From Antedon mediterranea (taxonomy: Eukaryota > Animalia > Echinodermata), in NCBI RefSeq assembly GCF_964355755.1, contig NC_092677.1:23361175-23425174 (forward strand): a stretch of 64,000 bases of DNA, given 5' to 3'. Below are positions 1 to 12,164 of the stretch, in pieces. Within the stretch, counting starts at the first letter, position 1. Every line of letters starts with the position of its first letter. The notes under the pieces were generated by a model. That model made no database searches. It was given only the letters and a program-made list of their open reading frames with translations, and had not been told where the DNA came from. Both the position numbers and the translations under genes were made by a program.

Positions 1-472
1 CTTCCGTTGTAACGATAATCGTACGCTATGGGTCTGAACACCTCGGGTTTTTTTTCTGCGGTTTGTAACATGACCTTGCTAGTAACGTTGTACACTAAAA
101 CGGTCTAACGCCATGGGTCTGAACATAGCCTAAATCGTAACAAATCTGAGAAGGGTCAAACAAACAAGCCCACTACTATACTATACATAGGTAAGCTCAA
201 TTGATCAGATAAAGAAAGTTCAATAAGCCTCCCAAAACACTGAATGTCACCAAATATCACTTCATTATCTTTACAAAGATTTGTTAATAAAGATTTGGTT
301 TTAACTAACAAATGAAATTAACTCAAGCAGGCATTATATTTTTTATAATATTTTTAAATATATTATTTAACAAGTAAAAATGACTGCAAAAAATGAGAAA
401 TTTACTAAATTAACCCATATCATATCAAGTTCAAATAGATATTTTATAACAGTTTAAATAAAATGTATTTAC

Positions 473-1287
473 CATGACTCTTGTCATTCAGAAGAGGTCT
501 TGCAGCTGGAATAAACATCTCCATAAGATCAGGAACCTTCCTTACCACCCGCAAAGCACATAAGGCAGCCTACAAGATTAAAACATATTTCATTTTCAGC
601 TAGTAGAAGTTATTGCAATTTAGTTATTACTGAAAATGCATTTGCACCCTTCTATTGGCGTATTAAATGTAGTAAATATGCAGAAAGTAATGTTTGAACT
701 CCTAAAACTTAGGCTTTATTGCATGATATTGCTTGATGACATAATATTGATATTACTATTGAGAAGAGGTAACAGAATGTTTTTCTGGTAGTGAAGTTGA
801 TTAGTTTGATGGTTTGCCCAACTCCAGCCTTTCATTACTTTACTTCAGGTACATGGGGCAAGGATTACCAATAGTAAATTAATTACTTGTCATATTAAGA
901 TATTTTGTGAACCAGTTTACTAGGTAACTCCCTACCCATCTCAAATGATGGGGTTTTTAAAATTCATACACTTTAAACTGTGTACACTGGGCCTACAGGA
1001 TTGTCCTATCCGAGTTCCACAACCAGAATTAGGAGCTAGTCGGCCTTGGACCCATTATTGACTTTTTAGGTACGACAATTGACGCCCCTTGCTTTAACCG
1101 CTCGGTCATTTGACCCGCTACGCTTTAGAATACTCTGGTGGGACTCTAAACCACCAATCTCTGGATCACCAGCCTGGCATATACATATACAAAATTGGGA
1201 TTGTGTTGAAGGCTAGGATTAAACTCAAGCCAAATGAAGCAGTAGTTACCGAACCAATGTGATAATGTGATGATATTGCTTGAACCA

Positions 1288-1325
<38 letters not shown>

Positions 1326-2757
1326 CTATTTACAGCCAACTGTATTGCTTACCTTTTTTTTAATATAAGCATTTGATGTTTTAAGGAGTTTCTCTATTTC
1401 ACCTGCTAAATCTCTACTCATCTCAGTGGAACATACTCCTCCTAAGCAGCACAACGCTTGGCCTACTATGTACTGATTTGTATGATTCATGTCACTGTAG
1501 GAGATAATTTAAGAGGTTAGGGTTAAGTTAAAGTTTAGGTGTTATGTTATTGTTGGGCCTGTCGTCATCTGCAGACACGATAATGTAGGCTGTATATTGC
1601 TGCTAGACATGATACTGTACTATAGAATATATACAGTTAGGAACAATAGTACAACTCTTTCTAAAAATGTTTTCTACAAAGGCATGTTTACAGTATGATT
1701 GGCCGACCTATTATATTAGATTAATGAAGACTGTTCTTACAACTGTCCAGTCAAAAAGTTACGCGGCGTTTTTTGTAAGAAATATTTCTTGTTTATTTAA
1801 AGTATTTTGAAATTTATTTATTTTACTTTATGGGTTTACAGTGTAGATATTAGAATTTCTGGGCTTCATTTGAGATTGGTATTAGGAGGGTTAAATGTAC
1901 CGAGTACTTTCTACTTACTTTTTCATTGAATTTGTCATGAGAAGGTGAACATCGTGTCTTTCGTCTAATAAAAGTGTTATACCTAAGTAGCCTATCCTTT
2001 TATCTGTGTATTTTGGCATTGCTATCAGCTTTAAACATTCCAACTGAAAAATAAGACCAAAAGAGAAATGAAGGCCAATTAAAGTAGAGAGCACAGTATA
2101 CAGTACAGAACTTAAGAAAATATGTATAGTAGGTAGAGTATGTTATTAGTTAGTGTAAAACATAGGCTACGTTATGGTAAATAAACAACTTTCAATGGGC
2201 TATATTCTGAAGTTCATGACCTACAAAAACAACTGTAATCCTGCAATGGATGAAATTGGTTGACATACTGATGCTCTTTAACAAATAGTACATTTTGTCT
2301 CACTTTAAATCCTTCTCTCGATATTCATCCAGATGTATTTTAATCAAAATGAGCATAAAAGGTTAGCTTTCTCACGTTAAGACTTATATCGCATAACCTG
2401 ATAATAGAAGCCGGATCGTGGTCTCACAAGCCTCTCACAAGATGAACGTATTTGTAAATGCTGCGAAGTGGAGACCGAGCTTCATGCACTTGTTTGCCAT
2501 GCTGGACACGGTTATCCCCAGTTGTCAATAAAGAATAATAATATAAATATGTTTACCTGTCCAAAATGTGCTGGAAAGCCCAGCATATGAATATACAACA
2601 ATTTAGCAACATTACGACATCTGTACGTATTATCTTCTTCACGGAAATTGTTACGTATTAATGCACATTCTTTCTGTATTACCGCCCTCTCATCGGCCGC
2701 AGTACGTGCTGCCCGGATATTGCGTATTAGATCCTTGAGACGAATAGGCGCCGGCAT
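473..2757 (-). CDS. AP1G1: AP-1 complex subunit gamma-1 (gamma adaptin), 5' coding exons; gene continues off the left edge
   Basis: GT-AG exons 2757-2557, 2043-1919, 1494-1353 and 569-473 join in frame: [32 protein letters not shown]...[25 protein letters not shown].../[18 protein letters not shown].../[19 protein letters not shown]. This is the gamma-adaptin N-terminus. Confidence 0.97.
855..1115 (-). mobile_element. Degenerate tRNA-derived SINE copy
   Basis: Shares blocks (ttaccaatagtaaattaat, actgtgtacactgg, ttaaccgctcgg) with copies at ~12400, ~14575, ~18535 and ~42080. Confidence 0.65.
1289..1321. repeat. (CA)n microsatellite
   Basis: Seen directly. Confidence 0.95.
2280..2500 (+). mobile_element. 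Decayed CR1/L2-group LINE ORF2 C-terminal fragment
   Basis: Interrupted translation resembling [15 protein letters not shown]...[14 protein letters not shown], the RLSxHxLxIExGR...CxxC...H tail. Confidence 0.55.
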
Positions 2758-4699
2758 TTTTGCCAACTAGAGAAAAGCAAAATATTATTGTGTAAATTAC
2801 ATACGAATTATCCAATTCTACATGATGTAAATTCATTGCTATGGAAACAGGATAGCATTATAATTAAGTAGCTTACAATGCTAATCTTAATGCCATCTCA
2901 TGAAAATTACAAATTATTATTATGAATCTAATATAATAAATATTCTTGTTAATACTTACAGTTAATAATCTTAAAATTTATTGAAATCATTGTAAATTAG
3001 CATTGTAATTATAAATTCAACAGTAACAAATTTAATAATTTTAAAATGAAAATTAGTTTTACCAAAAAAAAATCTATTTCTCTATCATAATTCAATTCCC
3101 ATTTTCAGTTTGTTATGGAATGATTAATTTGTTGCTAATTGTTAGTAATTATAGTAAATTATTATTGTAAATTAAATCAACAATCTATTTTTTAAATGCA
3201 GTATTTATCTTCTACAGTATAACTAGACCATCCAATTATAAATACATGCCAATGAATGTTGTACCATAAAATTGTACCATATCATATCATATTAATATTT
3301 ATAATCAATAAATTTTTATAATTTGCTGTTTAAACTGTTTATCATCATACAACAACCTGGTTCACAATTATTTTAATATAATTATCTGCCAAGTTTTTCT
3401 AGCAAAGCTATCTATTCTAATAAGCATTTTATATTATAGGAAAACTATTTTAATTTTCTTATAACATTACAACACAGAGTGCATCATTCAACAAAATGCT
3501 CATCAGCCTGATGAGATAATTATTCGTAATTATAGGTACACTGAACAAACCAAATACAAAGAGGTAAAGGGTCACAACCAAAAGGTGAAAATAACAAGGT
3601 TTGTGAGAAAATAAGAATCATACAATAGAACACAAAATATCTATTTCTGTAAATCATACATAAGCAACCTACAGTATTACATTGTAGATTTATTATTATT
3701 TCCTGTTATATTTATTTTCACCTGTTGCTATATGAATTAATGTGTGTAGACATTTATCGTCACATATTCAATTATTAGTGATTAAGTTCTTGAATTTATG
3801 ACAACAATATTACACTAAATATCAATCGGTTTTACCATTCGGTTGAATTTATAAATTATCATTATTAATATCATTATTAATATTACTATAGCATTTACAA
3901 GTACTTAATAGATTATCTTTTAGTAGTAACTGTACATTGTAGTCCATTTAAACTGTTTCTATAGTTTTCTTTACATAATCGATAAAAACTAAATTATTAA
4001 ATTATTATTTTATACATTCTGTACACACTGAGATGTTAAAATGATAGATCAAACACATTACAATACGAGGCATAGAATCACAAAATCGGCAAAATATCAC
4101 AATTGTTTTTTTTTTATTCATATCTATATTGATCACTATAAAATGATTAATTTATTAAAAATTTGTCTGTCAACAGTTACAGTGTTAATGAAATTGATAA
4201 CATACATCACAAAGCAAATGATTGTGCTACCCTACTGTAGGCCTAGGGTAGTAGGGTAGTCTTGGAGACTCTCAATTTCTTTCTTAATAACAGCAAATTC
4301 TCACTGTGAACTTTAAGGGTAGGGGTTGTGACTGTGCTGTTGTGATTCCAGGCCTCAAATAAATAGTGTACAGTTACTGCATGGTAATGTACTGTAATGT
4401 CTACTTAGTCAGTCATGCTACCAAAACAATGATCAAAGCAATATGAATGAATTTCTTTCTATTGATGAAGTTTATTAACTGCCAAGTTTATAAAATGTTA
4501 TCCTTATGAGTCATGCAATTGCCTCTAACCTACAGTAATCAAATAATTTATTAGGATTATTGACAAACACTGCTATTTTGATTTTACAACAAAAAACAAA
4601 ACAACTGTGAGTGTGAGTGTAATCCAACAATCTTAGTTAACCGTGCTATTCCAAATTATATCATGCACACAGACAAAATAAAAATGATAATGAACAATG

Positions 4700-5560
4700 T
4701 AAATGATGGTGTTGATAATGGTAATGAATCTTGATAATGGTGGCGTTGGTAGTGATGATAATATTGATAATGGTAATGTTGGTAGTGATAATGATCTTAA
4801 TAATGGTGGTGTGATGTGTTAATGATAACCATGATATTGAAAGACTGTGTCGGTAGTGATGATCTTGATAATGGTAATGTTGGTACTGATGATGATCTTG
4901 ATAATGGTAATGTTGGTACTGATGATGATCGTGATAATGGTGACGGTAGTGATGATGATCTTGATAATGGTGGTGTCGGTAGTGATGATGATCTTGATAA
5001 TTGTAATGTTGGTAGTGATGATGATCTTGATAATGGCAATGTTGGTAGTGAAGATGATCTTGATAATGGTAGTGTTGGTAATTATGATGATCTTGATAAT
5101 AGTGGTGTCTGTAGTAATGATGATCTTGATAATGGTGGTGTCGGTAGTGATGATGATCTTGATAATGGTAATGTTGGTAGTGATGATGATCTTGATAATG
5201 GTGGTGTCGGTAGTGATGATGATGATCTTGATAATGGCAATGTTAGTATTGATGATGATCTTGATAATGGTGGCGTCGGTAGTGATGATGATCTTGATAA
5301 TGGTAATGTCGGTAGTGATGACGATCTTGATAATGGTGTTGTTTTGTGTTAATGATAACCATGATAATGAAAGATTGTGTCGGTAGTGATGATCTTGATA
5401 ATGGTAATGTTGGTACTGATGATGATCTTGATAATGGTGGTGTTGGTAGCGATGAGGATCTTGATAATGGTGGTGTCGGTAGTGATGATGATCTTGATAA
5501 TGGTGATGTTGGTAGTGATGATCTTGATAATGGTATTATTTGTGATGTTGAAAATCTTGA
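4700..5560. repeat. 33-bp minisatellite (gatgatgatcttgataatggtaatgttggtagt)n in the AP1G1 5' intron
   Basis: Direct tandem copies, plus a larger duplicated block (tgttaatgataaccatgata..gaaaga.tgtgtcggtagt at ~4817 and ~5347). Confidence 0.92.
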
Positions 5561-7278
5561 TCTTTATAATGGTGATGTTTGTAGTAACGCAATGTTATTT
5601 AATGAATGTACAGTAATGGTGATGTACTGATCAACTTGGAATTATTACCTTTCTATAAATTGGCACTTTAAAACCTGTTGAATATTTGTTAACACCTTGG
5701 ACAGACCTTGCAGTTATAATAAGAAATTCAAATCAATTTTAATATTTTGCAAAAATGTATTAATGGTACATATTTGGATCTGCTTTATTTTTCTTTTTTA
5801 CAGGATAGACAAAATGAGACATAAAATATACTTGAATGTACTTGGTTCCTCCGTAATGATGGACCAAACATTTTCTTTTAACATTAAAAACATTTGATTA
5901 ATTTAGCCCTACTGATGACATTTACAATAGTGACTTCACTGAGCATTACAATCATGATTAGCATGCTAAACAGACTATTACACATGCCATAGACAACATG
6001 CAATAACTAGCTTTACCTTTGAAACCTGACAAAATTCAACAGAGTGTTTACAACCTAATTCCAATTGCAATCAGTTTCTCTGACACAGTGGGAAGAATTA
6101 GGAAGAAAGCAATTGGTAAGAAAGCAATGCATTATTTTAAGTATAAATAGATCATCGTGGGTGTCACATGAGTTTGATTAAAGTGATCACAAAAATATTG
6201 AGCTTTACATTATGAACTAAGGCCATGTTCAGACTCATGAAGTTAGATTTGCTTTCTAACATACTGTAAGGTGTTAGATAAGCAATCTAAAGTCTAACAT
6301 TTAAAATGGAAGTTCCATTATCACTGGGTAAGTTGGGCAGTGTAAAAAATCACTGATGATGAATTACAAAAAATAGCATTTTTTAGTCAATATCAATGGA
6401 ATTATAAATCTTGCTTAATAGCTTTTGAGCTATAGTTAAAGTGCTTTGAATGATGATATCAAATCATCGTAGCTATGTCTTAAAATGTAAGTCTTTTAGT
6501 GATGGCAGCGCTATAACTGTCATGTTAAACAATGTATTTTCCTCTAGTGCCTGAATGATGATGACTATTAGGTATTAGGCACAACAACTGTATTATAATT
6601 AGGACAATCTTCCTAGACTAGATACAAAATGTGTAGGCCGCATAGAACTAAATACATCTTAAAGGCCAATTTGCACTGACGAGCAGTAATGGTAGTGGAA
6701 AGCCACATGCAGTAACTTGTCCAAATAGAATTTGTATCTATCCTGATGTGGTTCCACTAAGAAATAACATATATTCTATATTTTCATTTTCCACTTCCTT
6801 TATCTGTTTAAATTGGCCTTTAAGCTGCAAGTCTGAACAGACCCTTAGGCAGGTGAATAAGCTGTGGCAAGTAATCTCAGATATGTGATTTCATAACAAC
6901 ATGTAACATTTGGGTTTGAGTGTAAAATACCAAGAAACTAGTGGTATTTCACATGCAGTTTTTGTTTGTGCTAAGCCTCATAATAAATATCTAAATGCAT
7001 TCAATTTTAATGTGACATGCTGTTGATATCAAAATAAGTTTTTTTTTTTCCAAAATTAATCTCCTATCCTATAAAGTGATAACATTTATCATATTACCAT
7101 GATGGTACTTGAAACTTGATATTTTAAAATATTATCAGGTTTAATTGCTCTTTAAAATGAAAAACAAAAATTCAATTTGTAATTCTGCAGGATATTATGA
7201 TGAATGTTATTGCAACAGAATACTTATAGGTTAATCTCCTCCCAGATATCAATACAAATACTGGTGGTAGTGGTAATA

Positions 7279-7751
7279 GGGAGGTTTCGCAACGCTACGA
7301 ATACAAAAACCGGATACGTCACGCACACGTATTTGTTTTCGTAAGTCAGTAAAAATCTGTTTTGCATGGCAACGAATATTGAGGGCGTCGTCCAAAATAT
7401 GACTGCGGTAAAAATGAGCGAAGCGCAGGTACGTGTTGCTTGGCTGCCTAGGCCTAGCGTAATGTCGAAGTGAGGGAGGACTTTAACAACTGCTAATTAT
7501 CAAAATTTACCTGGCATTTCAGTAAATTACTTTCAATAAATTTATGATTATATTATAACCATGAATAATTCCTGATTCAAATGCAAAATAGATCAAAAAC
7601 TATACTCGTTTTGTAGTTACGAATATGACTGATGATATTTCGTAAACACGAAAACGCTTTACGAATATGAAATGGGGATCAGCTCAAAAGTTTCACAAAT
7701 GTGTGACGTAACCGTTTTCGTTATCGTATTCGTAAGGTTGCGAAACCTCCC
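7279..7751. mobile_element. MITE with TIR GGGAGGTTTCGCAAC
   Basis: gggaggtttcgcaacgctacgaatac ... gtattcgtaaggttgcgaaacctccc, flanked by TA on both sides. Confidence 0.8.
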
Positions 7752-7900
7752 TATTAATCCATGGAATAGTTCAATTTATGCAGACATTAGCAGACCAATT
7801 TCATTGTTGAGATGTATTGTTGTTATTAAGGTTAACATGTGTGCTATGAGCAAATGTTTTCATACGATACAGTACTGCTTGCAAAGCGTGCCATACGTAC

Positions 7901-7973
7901 CTTTTCTTCTATAGTCTGCAAAATGGACATGTTGATTGCCTCCGCTGATGTTAAAAATGGTTGTTACAAACAC
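7901..7973 (-). other. AP1G1: Probable upstream AP1G1 exon with an in-frame ATG (7930) encoding MSILQTIEEK
   Basis: Flanked by tttacag and gtacg. A phase-0 splice to the acceptor at 2766 gives MSILQTIEEK-LAK-MPAP. Confidence 0.6.
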
Positions 7974-8792
7974 CTGTAAAATGTAAGAGTTATTCTAGAA
8001 ATCATTTTTAGTGGTTTCAATAAAAAAAAAGTGGTTGCAGGGCCCGAGGTGCGTTATGGTATTTATAAAGTATGTCACATCAGACAATGACATAGTCAAT
8101 TCAACAATGTTTACTTTGTTGCAATTAAATAATTTGAATAAGGCCTTTTTTGGCCTATATATTACAGTGGGTCATATAATTTACAATAAAAGTGCATACT
8201 GTAGGCCTAGCCTAACTATTTTTGCCTCTATCATTGGTTATCATAGTCATACACTGCAGTAGGCCTAGGCCTAGGCCTACCTAGCCTAGAAAAATGTAAA
8301 TAAAACAGAAAGAATAACAATTCAATGATGGAAAACTTCTTTCACTTTATTAATATTATCCATTATTTGTTTTATAATTACAACAATATACAAAATATTA
8401 ATAGGCCTAGGCTAGCTAGGCCTAATACACATGCCTGTAGCCTAGCCTATAAAAACAAATAAGTAAAACAATCTGACTCAGTCAAGCCCTACTGATAACT
8501 AGGTGTAGTCATATAGGAATTAATCAACCCTACTAGGCCTATGTTCTAGATATGTAGGCCTATGCCACAATGACCCGAGGAGCAGTTCTAGGTCCCCCGC
8601 CTCCAGCCAGGATGCACCAACCGGCAAAACAAAATCATTCTCCACTTCTTCACACTCTGCATATGAGAGACACAGACGCTCTGCACACTAGGACAGAGTG
8701 CATGTAAATCACTGCCGATATACAATATAATAGTAAAAATCATGTAGCCCGATAACTTAGTTTAAACTGTAATTACATTTTGTACACACTAC

Positions 8793-8900
8793 CTTTCTAT
8801 AAAAATCATAGAAAATCGCATTTGATGACAAAACAGAGTAAAATCATCAAAATAGTCTTCTCAATAAAAATGATCCACTCCTTCTTTCAAGATGGCCGAC
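8793..8900 (-). promoter_or_regulatory. Likely first (non-coding) exon / TSS region of AP1G1 with a YY1-like motif
   Basis: CGGCCATCTTG on the minus strand (~8888-8898), followed by a donor AAAG|GTAGT at 8793. Confidence 0.5.
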
Positions 8901-11051
8901 AGAAGACTGATTTCAATAAAAATATTCATCCGCAAATATGAAATACGTATTATCGATAAAGTAACTGTAAACAAAAAGCATATTCATTTGACCGGATGTC
9001 TCTTTAAAAAAAATGGTTTACTTCACAGGTACTTGATTTCTTATTATTTTTATTTTTTCAACAATTAGGTTTTAGCCCTATTAAATAGATCATTGCGCAT
9101 ACACTGTTTACTTATGAGTGATTTGTCGGAACTCGTGGCATCAATGACATCATTGAATAAGCGCCCTCAAGTTCCATTAGACTTTGATTTTTCCCTAGAT
9201 ATCTTTGTATATTTATGTATAATAATGGGTTAAATTATAATATATTCAATGAATTCTCAGATAAATAAACATTTACAAATAGACAATAATAGCTTACACT
9301 ATATTTTCACATGTATTAAATCATTTTTCCTATTGATCCAATGTCAGTGCACTTAGGCAGCAACTGAGTCTAGGTTCTAGACCAAAAGTACAGTAAAAAG
9401 ATAAATATTTTGGCACATATGGCGATACATATATACAATATAACAAAGACAATAACTACAGACTTGCAGCAAGTCTAGAAGCAACCAGTGTCGCAGCCAC
9501 AAGCTGTTGCTTATGATTGGTCAACTTAATTGCATTGCACTTATGTTGTTGTTGCATTGAGAGGCCTTTATAACGTGAGATCCATGCAAAAGAATACAAA
9601 ATCAAAACATGAATTCAAATATACAAAGATTTTATTGACTATGTTCAATTGTGAAATTCAACATGTTCTCATAACCAAAATAATAATCTTAAATTGACAA
9701 GTCAATTTTGTAAGAAGTATGTTAAATACTGTACAGTATATATTCATATAGCATGTTAACCAATGCCATATTAAAACAGAACGTCCAATGAGAATGAGTA
9801 CTTGATATTACCAGTAGTCTATTTTCATTGGATCAGTAAGTTGTAAAAAATGGGAGGGGGGAATTAAAAATTGTAAAAAAAATTGCTGAAATTAATGTTA
9901 TATTTTTGTTACAGTTTTCTTTTAAATTTAGGACAGGGAAGAGGGCAGGTAGGGATGGATCCACGAAGGTATCCAAAATAAAGCATAGATTTAATAATTA
10001 TTATTTTAGGTGTAAATGAAAAATATGAAAACGATGTAAAATGGCCAATAGCAGCTGTACAATAGGGGGGGGGGGGGGAGGGTTTTGATACAGTATTAGC
10101 GCTCTTTCATTGACAACAATATGGATCTTCCCATTACAGCCCCCCCCCCCCTCCCCCACTTCATTGGTTGTGCTAATCATTTAATGCATCTGGAAACTTA
10201 AAAATAATTTAATCATCACTCTAGACGATATAAAACATTTGTTTTACGTTATTTAAATTTAAATCCTTTCTAATAAATACTCCAGAACAATATTTATGCA
10301 ACAACATTAGTATTTGTTATTACCCTAAAAGTAAAAACAATTTGCCAAAATTGAATTTTAGAACTTAAAATAAAAATACTGTATAAACAAACTCAAGTAG
10401 TTTAAAATAAAACACAACACAACAACTTGATAGTAGCATGATGCCTTAAAATCAACACAAATTTACAAATGAGATGAAAATAAATTTACAGATTCTATTC
10501 CAATTAAAGCTTTGTGTAAAATAACGGTGTCTTACAGTTAATAACATAAATTCAGGCTGGCTTCGAGTTGACTTGTGTTCAACAGGCAAATGGTCTCTAT
10601 TTAGAGGGAGTATACTTTGAAGATGCGAGGTTTCTACCCTAAATGACTGAGGCTAAATAAGGTATTTTTAATAGGTTTAGGAAAAATGCAAAATACAGTA
10701 CATTTTTATGACTGTAACTTTCTGAAACTGTTGGTTTTATTGTTCTGGCCTTCCGAAAAATTGCATTTTTTGTTTGACCTAGGTCAAAGGCTCAAATAGT
10801 GCAATTCAGTGACCCCAAAAAGTCAACCTGCACATATACGGGCGTGGGATAGGTCTTCAAAGGGGTATTGCAATACTGCTTGGGTATACAAACAACAGGT
10901 ACATAAACAGTATATTATGTTGATTAACATATTTTACAGTTTAAGATTAGTAATTTTTTTTCTGTAATTCCAACAATTTTCTTATGAATGAAAACTTTGC
11001 TTACATAACAATCAGTACATTGATTTGATTAGGCATTATTTGCACAATTAA

Positions 11052-11362
11052 AGATGTATTGTCTCCCGAAAAACATGAAAAATGACGATTAAATAAATCA
11101 GAACTTGAATATGTTATTTTGTAGTTTTAATAAAGTTAATCACTTCAGTAGAAAAAAAAACGAAAACAAAAAATGTTTTCATGTATAAATTGACAAAATA
11201 AATATTTAAATTCCACCAAAAACCATTTGCTGGCAGCCAATTTGACCATTTTTTGCTTTAAATTACAGTTTTTGAGGTAAATACATTTTTTTTTCCGATC
11301 CAATTTTTGGTTACATTAAAATGGCATATTTAAAATAATTTTTTCAGGGGGACAGTACATCT
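11052..11362. mobile_element. TTAA-flanked MITE (Kolobok-like), copy 1
   Basis: ttaa|agatgtattgtc ... gacagtacatct|ttaa; homologous inverted copy at 27875-28219. Confidence 0.8.
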
Positions 11363-12164
11363 TTAATATATTATGAAAAACAAAGCATAAAAGGTATGGT
11401 AAAATATGAAAATAACTTAATATAATTATGAAATTTAACAAAAGTTTGACATAAAAAGTGTATTTTTAAATATGGTCTGATTTTCCTGCATAATTATATT
11501 ACCAATACAAATTAATTTTTAAATTTCTAAATAGTTCTTTTAGTCAATTTTCCAGATTTAGTATTGTAATGTATTAACTATATTCATTTATATATTTAAT
11601 AAAAAATGTTATTAACATAATTAATCAAACTATGGTTTTAATTCATAATAATAACAGTATAATTTAATTATGGTTTCATTGGCATTATCTCTAAACAATA
11701 CTTAGTATACCAAATATACAAATATAAAATAAATTACAATTAGTAATAATTGTAATTGTTTTTCAATAAAAGTGAAATTACCTGCAAAAAATACCCTCAA
11801 AATGGTTGCATAAAAAATGTTATAAAATTAACAGAAATTTGTAAATACTTGATTAAATGACAAAATTGTGTAAACCAAAATCATGATTTCACAAAACTGA
11901 ATATATGTACCAACTGAATTAAAATATTTCTATTTAAAAAACAGTAATGCTCATGAATGTACACATTTTAGGCACAACGTCAGCGGACATACTTCATGAC
12001 ATTTAATGTCAAAATATTATTAGATTTTGTGAAGATTAACATAGAATGAATAACATTAGGTAATGTTATTATTAATTAGGTAATGTTATTTACTAACTAT
12101 ACACAGGCATTTAAAATGGTATTATTTAAACGCATGTTGTTTGAATGTAAAAACTTGTTTGTTA

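Noticed and set aside
4797-5630. Asp-rich and hydrophobic ORFs (DDDLDNGNVGS repeats) resembling a biomineral matrix protein
   Set aside because: They arise from a 33-bp intronic minisatellite that is open in several frames. No signal peptide or unique sequence.
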